A DNA stretch of 64,000 nt from NCBI GenBank assembly GCA_964529405.1, contig CAZGWE010000003.1:17192-81191 (forward strand), given 5' to 3'. Of the stretch, positions 56,174 through 64,000 are shown one piece after another (within the stretch, counting starts at the first letter, position 1; each line of letters begins with the position of its first letter). The notes beneath the pieces are model-generated. The model made no database searches and had not been told where the DNA came from. It saw nothing but the letters and a program-made list of their open reading frames with translations. The translations under genes and the position numbers were made by a program. This DNA comes from an uncultured Candidatus Saccharibacteria bacterium. Its GTDB lineage: Bacteria > Patescibacteriota > UBA1384 > XYA2-FULL-43-10 > 1-14-0-10-43-13.

Positions 56174-56524
56174 TTATCTGAAGGCCTTGGCTCTTGTAAG
56201 TGCTTCTCGAAGCTGTTCTTTGATCTCATCAAGTTGATATGGATATTTGAAATTACTCTTTACAATAACAACAATATCCAAGCCCGGTTTGACTAATGGC
56301 AGTATTTCCCGCGTTACCACTCTCAATCTCCTCTTAAGCGCATTTCTGCGGGTTGAGCGTTTATCAACCTTGTTGCTGATGACAAAACCAAACCGGGCCG
56401 GTGAAAGTGCCCCGGGTTTTTGGCTTACCCGCACGGACAAATTATTAACAAAAACGGGACGGGAGTTCTTGAAGACTTTCTGAAAATCCCGGCCTTTCTG
56501 CAATCTGTTTTCTCTCCTAAGCAT
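56174..56524 (-). CDS. rnpA: Ribonuclease P protein component
   Basis: MLRRENRL, RFGFVISNKV, RRNALKRRLR; start moved to 56524. Confidence 0.93.
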   Translation of the reverse strand: MLRRENRLQKGRDFQKVFKNSRPVFVNNLSVRVSQKPGALSPARFGFVISNKVDKRSTRRNALKRRLRVVTREILPLVKPGLDIVVIVKSNFKYPYQLDEIKEQLREALTRAKAFR

Positions 56525-56647
56525 ATCGTCTCTCCCTACGTTCAATAGTAACACATGGTCTCTTCGATTACTATCCAACTTAAGCTGCTTAAGCCATAAT
56601 AACAAAAAAGAGCCGGGTAGCTCAGATTTTATTTAAACCAAGCAAAA

Positions 56648-56782
56648 TCAGGCCGCGATGACTTTTCGTCCCTTGGTCCGGCGCCGTCTTAAAACATTTC
56701 GGCCATCCAAGGTCAGCATTCTCTTTAGAAAACCGTGGATTCTTTGCCGTCTTCGCTTGTTAGGTTGAAAAGTTCTCTTCAT
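56648..56782 (-). CDS. rpmH: 50S ribosomal protein L34 (absent from ORF track)
   Basis: [44 protein letters not shown]. Confidence 0.96.
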   Translation of the reverse strand: MKRTFQPNKRRRQRIHGFLKRMLTLDGRNVLRRRRTKGRKVIAA

Positions 56783-56791
56783 TTCTAAGCT

Positions 56792-56820
56792 AGAATACAC
56801 TAATTTCGCGCTTGCGTCAA
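56792..56820 (-). promoter_or_regulatory. rpmH promoter (near-leaderless)
   Basis: TTGACG-17-TATTCT ending 9 nt before the ATG. Confidence 0.6.
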
Positions 56821-56877
56821 GCTGCTGATTTAAGTGATTTAGGTTATCTCATAGCGAATGCCCCGTCCAACGCCCCA

Positions 56878-56908
56878 TTGACGTACCCTGTGGATAACTT
56901 GGTATATT
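56878..56908 (+). promoter_or_regulatory. dnaA promoter with an internal DnaA box
   Basis: TTGACG..TGTGGATAA (56889-56897)..TGG-TATATT extended -10. Confidence 0.65.
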
Positions 56909-56942
56909 TTTGGTACAACTATTGCAGGGAGAACAAACGCCA

Positions 56943-58343
56943 ATGGATAAAAACGAAATATGGAAAAACGTCTTAGGCGAGCTGGAGGTCAGCATCTCTA
57001 AGCCGAACTTCGAAACCTGGTTTAGAAACACATTTCTGATTGATTACAAGAAAGGCTATTTTACAATCGGAGTGCCAACAATATTTATAGAAGACTGGCT
57101 TAGAAAGAAGCATTTGCGCGAGATACTACAAGCCTTACAGAAACAGGTTGACGACCAGGTACTGGGCATTAAATTCAAAATAGCTTCGCCTTCTCCCGAA
57201 CAAAGAATCTCTCTTGATAAAACTAAAGTTATCCACAAGCCTGTGGATAAACCCGCCGGACAAACAGCCTCAACCGGTGTCCAATTATTGCCTAAAAACA
57301 TCACCTTGAATGACGATTATAAATTTACCAATTTTATCGTCGGCCAATCAAACCAACTGGCCCATGCGGCTTCCCTGGCTGTTGCCAGCAAACCCGGCAC
57401 TATGTATAATCCGCTTTATATCTACGGCAACTCCGGATTGGGTAAAACCCATCTGATGCAAGCCATCGGCCACTCATACCTCGAAAATTATCCGGGCAAA
57501 AATGTTCTTTACGTGACGTCTGAAACATTCATTAACGAATTTATCAACGCTGTCGAAGCTGGACACGGCAAGGCCAAGAATTTCAAAGACCATTACCGCA
57601 ATGTTGATATCCTATTAATAGACGACATCCAGTTTCTCTCCAATAAAGAATCAACGCAGGAAGAATTCTTCCACACTTTTAACCATCTTCATCAAAATAA
57701 GAAGCAAGTAGTGCTTACCTCCGACCGGCCGCCCAAAGACATTAAGGGCTTGGAAGTCAGGCTAAAAACCCGTTTTGAAGGCGGCATGGTAGCCGATGTT
57801 ACCACACCGGATTTTGAAACAAGGGTGGCTATACTCAAACAAAAAGCCAAAAAGCTGAATATTGTTTTTAAAGAAGAAAAAATTGACGAAGTCCTGCATT
57901 TGATCGCCGAAAATATCCAATCTTCAATCAGGGAACTTGAGGGAACATTTACCAAAATTATTGCCACTTGCAACCTTGAGGGGAGTACGATCAACAAAGA
58001 CCGGGTTGCCTCCATTCTAAGCGGTATAATCCAAAAGAAAAAACAGGTTGTCACTCCGGAGTTAATTCTGCGGGAAGTCCATAAATTTTATCAGATTCCG
58101 CTCGAAGACATCCTGGGCAAAAAACGTACCAAGGAGATAGTTCTGCCGAGACAAATCACGATGTACCTGCTGCGCCATGAAGCTAATATGTCCTATCCGG
58201 AGATCGGCAAAAAAATCGGCGGCAAGGACCATTCAACCATTATCCACGGCTGCGAAAAGATTGAAGCCGATATTTCGGACAACCAGAGGATAAAAGAAGA
58301 CCTGGCTGTTTTGAAAGAAAAGATATACGCCATGGTACGATAA
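56943..58343 (+). CDS. dnaA: Chromosomal replication initiator DnaA
   Basis: YNPLYIYGNSGLGKTHL, LLIDDIQF, QEEFFHTFN, RELEG, GGKDHSTIIHG. Confidence 0.98.
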   Translation: MDKNEIWKNVLGELEVSISKPNFETWFRNTFLIDYKKGYFTIGVPTIFIEDWLRKKHLREILQALQKQVDDQVLGIKFKIASPSPEQRISLDKTKVIHKPVDKPAGQTASTGVQLLPKNITLNDDYKFTNFIVGQSNQLAHAASLAVASKPGTMYNPLYIYGNSGLGKTHLMQAIGHSYLENYPGKNVLYVTSETFINEFINAVEAGHGKAKNFKDHYRNVDILLIDDIQFLSNKESTQEEFFHTFNHLHQNKKQVVLTSDRPPKDIKGLEVRLKTRFEGGMVADVTTPDFETRVAILKQKAKKLNIVFKEEKIDEVLHLIAENIQSSIRELEGTFTKIIATCNLEGSTINKDRVASILSGIIQKKKQVVTPELILREVHKFYQIPLEDILGKKRTKEIVLPRQITMYLLRHEANMSYPEIGKKIGGKDHSTIIHGCEKIEADISDNQRIKEDLAVLKEKIYAMVR

Positions 58344-58973
58344 ATCATAAAGCGTGAGATACTATTCATAGGCCGTTAGATATTTCACCTTAAAAATTAT
58401 ATGGCTTACTTATCCCCAACTTTTCAAGGCTAAATCGGGAATTAAACAAGTTAATATATTTAGTAATACTAATAGTAAGCGCTGTGGATTATGGGGAAAA
58501 GTTAAATTAAGTAATTTGAAACTTGAAATTTGAAACTTTTATTTGGGGATAAGATGGTGGATGAAGCGGTGATAAGGTGTGGATGAAACGGGGATAAGTT
58601 AAAAAATGCCAAAATCCGAATGCCAAATATCAGATAACGCAATTGATAATAGACAGTGGAAGATAGAAGCCGGATCTTGAAATTGGAAGTTTGAATTATT
58701 TGCCATTTGGATTTGGGATTTATAAATAATTTATCCACAACCAAAACGGCCTAAACGCCTTTTTTCCCCGGCTAAAATATCGCAAATAAAAATTATAATC
58801 CCAAATACAACAATTTAGCTAAATTTTTTCCCCGTTATCCACAGGTAACAAAAAAGATGGGGATAAATATTGTTTAATTGCTAAATTGTTTGCATAGCTA
58901 AAGATAAGCTTTGTTTCAAGAATGCTATTATCTTAAGATAACAATTTAACAATTGGTCGACGAAAGGAGACTC
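58344..58973. other. Replication origin oriC (dnaA-dnaN intergenic)
   Basis: Perfect DnaA boxes at 58731 and 58835; near-matches at 58410, 58483, 58492, 58544, 58858; DnaA-trio run at 58461-58478; AT-rich. Confidence 0.88.
58624..58722. repeat. 99-bp dispersed repeat, copy B (inside oriC)
   Basis: Direct repeat of 55742-55840. Confidence 0.9.
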
Positions 58974-60080
58974 GTGAAAGTAACAATCCTACAATCGAAT
59001 TTTGCCAAAGGCTTAAACCAGGTTTCGCGCGTTGTTGGAAACAGGACAACCCTGCCGGTTCTGTCCAATATTTTAATTTCAGCCAAAAAAGGCCATATCA
59101 CGCTCTCCGCCACCGATCTGGAAATCGGAGTAACGACAAAAATACCTGGCAAGGTTGACAAGGAGGGCGACCTGACCGTCCCCGCCCGTCTTCTTTCGGA
59201 CTTTGTCTTAAATAACAGCGATGAAACAATCGAAGTTACGGCCGAAGAAACCAAGATGAAACTCAAATCGGAGAGGTTTGAGGCCAATATCGGCGGCATC
59301 TCGGCCGAGGAGTTTCCAACTATACCGAACACAAATCAGGAGTCGTTTTGTTCAATCAAGAAGGAAGACTTTATTGAAGCGCTTAAAAAGGTGGCAATCG
59401 CCCCGGCTCACGACGAGACAAGGCCGGTCTTGGCCGGTATTTATTTTCAGTTTGAGGCTAAAAATCTGGTTTTAGCCGCGACTGATTCGTATCGCCTGGC
59501 TGAAAATAGGCTGGAGTTGGAAAAGGAGGCCGGCGAAAAGAAGATGATCGTTCCCACCAAGACCGTGACCGAAGTTTTGCGTCTGGCCGGCGGGGCGGAG
59601 GGTTTATCCGAAATTAAGCTGTCTTCGACTGAAAATCAGGTCTCGTTCATCATCGGCGAAACAGAAGTAGTCTCGCGCGTCATTGAAGGCGCTTTTCCCA
59701 ATTATAGCCAAATTATTCCCGCTTCATCCAAAATTACAGCTGTCGCCAGCCGGGCCGAACTTGTCTCGGCAGTTAAAATGGCCTCCCTTTTTGCTAAAGA
59801 CGCCGCCAATAATATTAAGATTACGGTGGCGCCAAAAGAGCTTTTAATCAGTTCGGCCATGGCCCAGGCCGGCGGCGCTTCGGCCAAAGTCAAAGCTTCG
59901 GTTAAAGGCGAGGAAGTCTCTATCTCATTTAACGCCCGCTACATCCTCGAGATGCTGCAGGTTGTTTCTTCCGATGAAATCACTTTAAAATTTAACGACA
60001 GCGCCTCCTCCGGCTTGATCGAATCGGCCAAGGACAAAGGCTTTATCTACCTGGTTATGCCGTTGAGGATGGAGAATTAA
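58974..60080 (+). CDS. dnaN: DNA polymerase III beta sliding clamp
   Basis: LPVLSNIL, ATDLE, ATDSYRL, IEGAFPNY, FNARY, VMPLR; GTG start after AAGGAG. Confidence 0.97.
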   Translation: MKVTILQSNFAKGLNQVSRVVGNRTTLPVLSNILISAKKGHITLSATDLEIGVTTKIPGKVDKEGDLTVPARLLSDFVLNNSDETIEVTAEETKMKLKSERFEANIGGISAEEFPTIPNTNQESFCSIKKEDFIEALKKVAIAPAHDETRPVLAGIYFQFEAKNLVLAATDSYRLAENRLELEKEAGEKKMIVPTKTVTEVLRLAGGAEGLSEIKLSSTENQVSFIIGETEVVSRVIEGAFPNYSQIIPASSKITAVASRAELVSAVKMASLFAKDAANNIKITVAPKELLISSAMAQAGGASAKVKASVKGEEVSISFNARYILEMLQVVSSDEITLKFNDSASSGLIESAKDKGFIYLVMPLRMEN

Positions 60081-60108
60081 GTAGCTTAGGTTACCCGGGT
60101 CGCTTAGA

Positions 60109-61143
60109 ATGCTTAAAAATCTGTCACTTGAAAACTTTCGCAGCCACCAACATTTTGAACTTGAATTGGAACCAAACACGGTTCTAGTAGGCAGGAATGG
60201 CGCCGGCAAAAGCAATATCTTAGAATCAATTGTCCTCTTGTCGCACTGCCGGTCTTACCGCGAAGACCGCAAGGCCAACCTGATTAACAACGGTTCCGAA
60301 TTTGCCCGGGTAACCGGAGACGACCTTGAGCTTTTCCTGTCCAAAAATCCCCAATTCTATATGAAAGCGAGAAAGGGCGGCGTCTTTAAACGCTTGACGG
60401 AATTCGTGGGCATTTTGCCGTCGGTTGTCTTCTCGCCGGAAACTCTGGCCATTATCACCGGTTCGCCCAAAGAGAGAAGGAGGCTTCTTGATATTCTGAT
60501 CAGTCAAACCAGCCGGGAATATCTTAGGGCGCTGGTGGAATACGAAAAAATCAGGCGCCAGCGCAACAGCTTGCTTAAAGCAATCAGGGAGAAGCGCGGC
60601 GCTGTTACGGAGCTTGGTTACTGGAACGGCCAGCTTGTGGAATCAGGCGGCAAAATCATCATGGAGCGGGAAAAAGCCGTTGCTTTTATTAATAATTCCC
60701 TGCCTGAATTTTATCAAAAAATTGCCGGGGACGAATCCAGCCGGTTGAAGCTGGTTTATTTAAAGAGCAGCGATAATCTGGAAAAAGATCTGGAAAGAAT
60801 CGTTACCAGGGAGATCTGCGAAGAGAGGACGCTGATCGGTCCGCACAAAGACGATTTGCGTTTTGATTTGAATGGCTTTAATATGCAAAACTTTGCTTCC
60901 CGGGGTGAAATCAAGTCGGCTGTCCTGGCCCTTAAACTTTCGGAGGTTGGTTATCTCGAAGTGGCCGGAGCTGGCGTCAAACCTATCCTCTTAGTTGACG
61001 ATGTCTTTTCCGAGTTTGATCCTGTTCGCCGCGGACATCTGGGCGATTTGATCTTAAATTATCAGACTTTAATCACCACCGCAGAGAAGGAGCAGCTGTC
61101 AAAGGAGCTGCTCAAAAAGGCGAAGGTGGTGGAACTTAAATAA
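60109..61143 (+). CDS. recF: DNA replication/repair protein RecF
   Basis: NFRS, GRNGAGKSNILE, GSP.ERR, GPHKDD, ASRGE, LLVDDVFSEFD. Confidence 0.95.
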   Translation: MLKNLSLENFRSHQHFELELEPNTVLVGRNGAGKSNILESIVLLSHCRSYREDRKANLINNGSEFARVTGDDLELFLSKNPQFYMKARKGGVFKRLTEFVGILPSVVFSPETLAIITGSPKERRRLLDILISQTSREYLRALVEYEKIRRQRNSLLKAIREKRGAVTELGYWNGQLVESGGKIIMEREKAVAFINNSLPEFYQKIAGDESSRLKLVYLKSSDNLEKDLERIVTREICEERTLIGPHKDDLRFDLNGFNMQNFASRGEIKSAVLALKLSEVGYLEVAGAGVKPILLVDDVFSEFDPVRRGHLGDLILNYQTLITTAEKEQLSKELLKKAKVVELK

Positions 61144-61174
61144 CTTGGGCTGCTTACGTTGCTCGGAGGTCATT

Positions 61175-61444
61175 ATGAAACAATTAAACGAATTTTTATG
61201 GTCAAGCCTTGGCAAGAAGGGCCTCCGCAAGGAAGCAGAAGCCTCTTACGTTTGCTTTGTAGCAGCCGAGTGGGGCAAGGGCCGTTTTGGCGCCACATCT
61301 TTTTCCAGAGGGATTTTGAAGCTTTCCGTCGGCTCCTCTGCCGCCGCCCAGGAGGTGCAGATGGAGACGGAAAAACTGACCGATTTTGTCAACTCGAAAA
61401 TCGGCAAAAAAATAGTCAAAAGAGTACGGATACTTGTCGGTTAA
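61175..61444 (+). CDS. DUF721 / DciA-family protein
   Basis: Position after recF; GILKLSV.SSAAAQE...N..IG...VKRVRI; GGAGG RBS. Confidence 0.75.
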   Translation: MKQLNEFLWSSLGKKGLRKEAEASYVCFVAAEWGKGRFGATSFSRGILKLSVGSSAAAQEVQMETEKLTDFVNSKIGKKIVKRVRILVG

Positions 61445-63996
61445 AATCCGATGTGCGTGAATGATACGGTTTGGGGATTGTCCCACAATCCGGCCCGAGT
61501 GCCGGCCGGGTTATCCGGCGATCCGGAAGCGCAGATGCCGTTGGCGGCAAAGTATCCCTCCCCCATTTTCTTACAAACGTTATCGTCAACCAGCTGGTTC
61601 CAGTAGGCCACATCTTCGGCCCGGCCGGTCATAATTTGGTTGGGGATGACATCGCGGTAGAGCGGGTTGTACTGCATTTGTAATAAGTCGCCGATAAGCT
61701 GGCGGGCACGGGTTTGGGCCGCCAAAATTGTATTTTGTTGATGGGTAACAATGTTCAGGCCGTCCCAGGTCGGGATGCCGGTCGAATTGACAGCATCCCT
61801 GGCCTTTTGGTCATCGGAGGCGTTATTACCGGTCGAGTAAAAACCGTCGGCCGTGCATCTGACGTCAGTCCGGTAAACCCCAAACAGATTCATATAGAGA
61901 ATCATGCCCAATTGGACATAAATCATCCAGGGCTGGATACCCGTTTTGGCGATCATGCCGAGGGCTTTCATTGCCATGGGCACGCCGACGCTGATGGCAA
62001 TACCGGCCATCATTTGGGTTGTGCCCGGTGCCAGATTGAGGGAGTCGTCAACGGAAGCAAATGATTTACTGAAAAGCTTGTCGATAATGGTCGTGACGGC
62101 AAAGGTAACGACGGCGACTTTAGCCGTGTCAAGATTGCTTTCAAGTTTCTGCTGCTGGTCAGATGCTTGCTGCAGGCCCAATCCGTTGGCATCGATTGAT
62201 TTACCGGTCTCAATATTTTTAAACGTGCCGTCGGCTTGTTTGATATAAGTGCCGGTACTGACGGTCACCTTTCCGCCGGTTTTGACGACGCCGTTTAGGT
62301 TTTGGACATTATCCCAGGCAGCCCGAATGGCGCCGGCATTAAATGCGTCTCGGGCGGCTTGGGCTTTCCGCATTTGGTCGTATAAACTGTAAGCCTGATA
62401 AATGGTACCGGCCGGAATGTGAAGTTGTTTGTCGGCCCAATTAAAGACAAGACGTTTTAATTCGTTGGTGGCTGCTCTTTGGAGTGTCGGCGCATGAAGT
62501 TTGCCCTTGGCACCGGCGTAGTAGCCATCGGTGATATTATTTCCACTCATACCCCAGTTGCCCGTGCTAACACCGACAAGTATAGCGTCGATCGTGCCCT
62601 CCGGCAATTTGAAGTCGATGGCGTTGGATACAAATTCGCTAAATTTAGTCTTAAAGAAAGCAAACGATTTGTCGCGATTGGAGAGAAAATCATCCAGCTC
62701 GCCCGGCCGGTTAAGATTGACAATGTGGTCGATTGCCAATGCCCACTCGGCGGCATCGCTGATTTTGTGAATATCGGTGCCAAAGAGTTTGCCGTTTTCG
62801 GCGCCGTTTAAGAGATATGTGCCAAGCGCCTTTAGTTTAGTCTCGCCATTACCCTTGATCAGATCCCAGGCAAAGCCCGGGTAAACATTTTTATCCATTT
62901 TCCAGAGGGTGGCATCCATCAGGCGGTATTCGAGCGCTTCGCGAAAATTGGCCCGGGTTTCCTTTTTGCCCTGTTCCTCCGCCTGGCGCATGGCTTTTAA
63001 TTGCGCCTGGTCGTAAACGGCCTGCTCACAGGCGGTTTGCTCGGCCGTCGGGGTTGCTGTTGTTTCAGCTGCCGGATCATAACTCTGACAAGCCCGGCTG
63101 GCAATAATGCCCCTGTTGGTTGCTTCTTTTGACTCTAACTGCACCCTTTGAGCTTGGACTTTGGCAACCATTTCGGCATCGGAAACCTGGATGCCCGTGT
63201 TATGTCTCATCGCATAGCGCTCTCCGGCAGCGATATTATCCGGGGTGCGGGCGGCGCCGGTACCGGCGTTGTGATTGCGGACAATTTGCTGTATCGGATC
63301 ATCGCTGCCGGCAACCGGCCCATGAATTGTACTGCCAAAAGGCCGGGCCTGTTCGCCGGGGACAGTCACGGCGGCATCGGTGACGAGAGGATATTGGGCC
63401 GCAACCGCGCCGTAACTTTCCGAATCGGCGTCACCGACAATGGCGAACTTAATGTCGGCATAAGAAACCTGCAATCCGGACGGCAGCTGATCCTCCTGTC
63501 CTGTCTCATTAATGAAGCGGTTCATCGCATAGGAGAGTCCGGCGATTTCGAGATAACGCAAATCGCCGTTAAAGACAAGCTCGTTGATATCGCCGGCCGG
63601 CATAATGAGCGTCCCGTGCGTCGCCGTACTAATAGCCGAACCGATACGGTTTGAAATGATTGTTTTAACCGAGCCAAGCTGGCTTAGGGCTTGTTTGATC
63701 TTGGACTCATTGCTGCCGCCGTCGTTACGGCGATTGCTTTCGCAATTTTCTATTGCCCGGCTTATATTTTGGTCCATGTTGGCACTTTGGCCGTTCATAA
63801 AAGGTTGATAATTGTCAGGATCGGCGCAAAAGAGCTTGCGTTCCTCGACTTTTTGGTCGATGCAATTGTTGATCGCTCTTTCTCTGAGCATCGATCTTAA
63901 AGTCTCGTTTTTGGATTGGTTGTACTGCAATTTGTCTTTGTCGCTCATAGAATCAAGAAAGTTAGCCGAGCAGCCGGCTCTAAAATCTGCCCGCAT
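61441..63996 (-). CDS. Large hypothetical envelope protein, probably 5' truncated by the window end
   Basis: 851-aa ORF with no upstream in-frame stop before the edge; paired Cys and hydrophobic segments near the C-terminus. Confidence 0.75.
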   Translation of the reverse strand: MRADFRAGCSANFLDSMSDKDKLQYNQSKNETLRSMLRERAINNCIDQKVEERKLFCADPDNYQPFMNGQSANMDQNISRAIENCESNRRNDGGSNESKIKQALSQLGSVKTIISNRIGSAISTATHGTLIMPAGDINELVFNGDLRYLEIAGLSYAMNRFINETGQEDQLPSGLQVSYADIKFAIVGDADSESYGAVAAQYPLVTDAAVTVPGEQARPFGSTIHGPVAGSDDPIQQIVRNHNAGTGAARTPDNIAAGERYAMRHNTGIQVSDAEMVAKVQAQRVQLESKEATNRGIIASRACQSYDPAAETTATPTAEQTACEQAVYDQAQLKAMRQAEEQGKKETRANFREALEYRLMDATLWKMDKNVYPGFAWDLIKGNGETKLKALGTYLLNGAENGKLFGTDIHKISDAAEWALAIDHIVNLNRPGELDDFLSNRDKSFAFFKTKFSEFVSNAIDFKLPEGTIDAILVGVSTGNWGMSGNNITDGYYAGAKGKLHAPTLQRAATNELKRLVFNWADKQLHIPAGTIYQAYSLYDQMRKAQAARDAFNAGAIRAAWDNVQNLNGVVKTGGKVTVSTGTYIKQADGTFKNIETGKSIDANGLGLQQASDQQQKLESNLDTAKVAVVTFAVTTIIDKLFSKSFASVDDSLNLAPGTTQMMAGIAISVGVPMAMKALGMIAKTGIQPWMIYVQLGMILYMNLFGVYRTDVRCTADGFYSTGNNASDDQKARDAVNSTGIPTWDGLNIVTHQQNTILAAQTRARQLIGDLLQMQYNPLYRDVIPNQIMTGRAEDVAYWNQLVDDNVCKKMGEGYFAANGICASGSPDNPAGTRAGLWDNPQTVSFTHIGF

Positions 63997-64000
63997 AGCA

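Noticed and set aside
56525-56605. Extended RnpA N-terminus
   Set aside because: Conserved MLxxxxRL start with RBS lies at 56524.
1-64000. Stop-codon recoding (code 25) as explanation for broken genes
   Set aside because: pseB, wzx, rpmH and others end at TGA at expected lengths; the lesions seen are indels or TAA.

Overview
Bacterial chromosome segment in standard genetic code. It is most likely Patescibacteria/CPR, inferred from VirB2-like pilin arrays, an orphan sugar-binding lipoprotein, small membrane proteins and short-period intergenic repeats. Four parts: (1) 1-37.6 kb is a large surface-glycosylation region. It holds pseudaminic-acid-type genes (pseB, pseC, pseI, SpsF-type cytidylyltransferase) with unusual accessory enzymes, an IS200 element and dTDP-rhamnose genes. 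It also has four GT-C-like membrane proteins, three GtrA domains, and a pentose-phosphate module centred on a 961-aa GtrA + ribulose-phosphate 3-epimerase + nucleotidyltransferase + histidine phosphatase fusion. That fusion sits with a 2H phosphoesterase, AraD, an NTP transferase, a GT2 and a GDPD-like protein; together they are a candidate undescribed ketopentose activation/flip/transfer pathway. (2) 37.7-42.7 kb is an oxidative-stress cluster (ferredoxin, SOD, AhpC, two rubredoxins, two Fur/PerR) ending at tRNA-Ser(TGA). (3) 43-54.8 kb carries accessory genes, comF, hsp20, galU, a VirB2-like pilin array including a 1044-aa giant pilin, pilB and tRNA-Ser(CGA). (4) 54.8-64 kb is yidC-yidD-rnpA-rpmH / dnaA-oriC-dnaN-recF-DUF721 plus a truncated large protein. 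Notable non-genic signals: a three-copy structured palindromic element, one copy inserted in frame in rmlD; a perfect 42-bp palindrome that frameshifts the second perR; a Bacillus-like DnaA-trio unwinding module; and a 99-bp repeat inside oriC. All calls come from reading motifs by eye; no searches were run.
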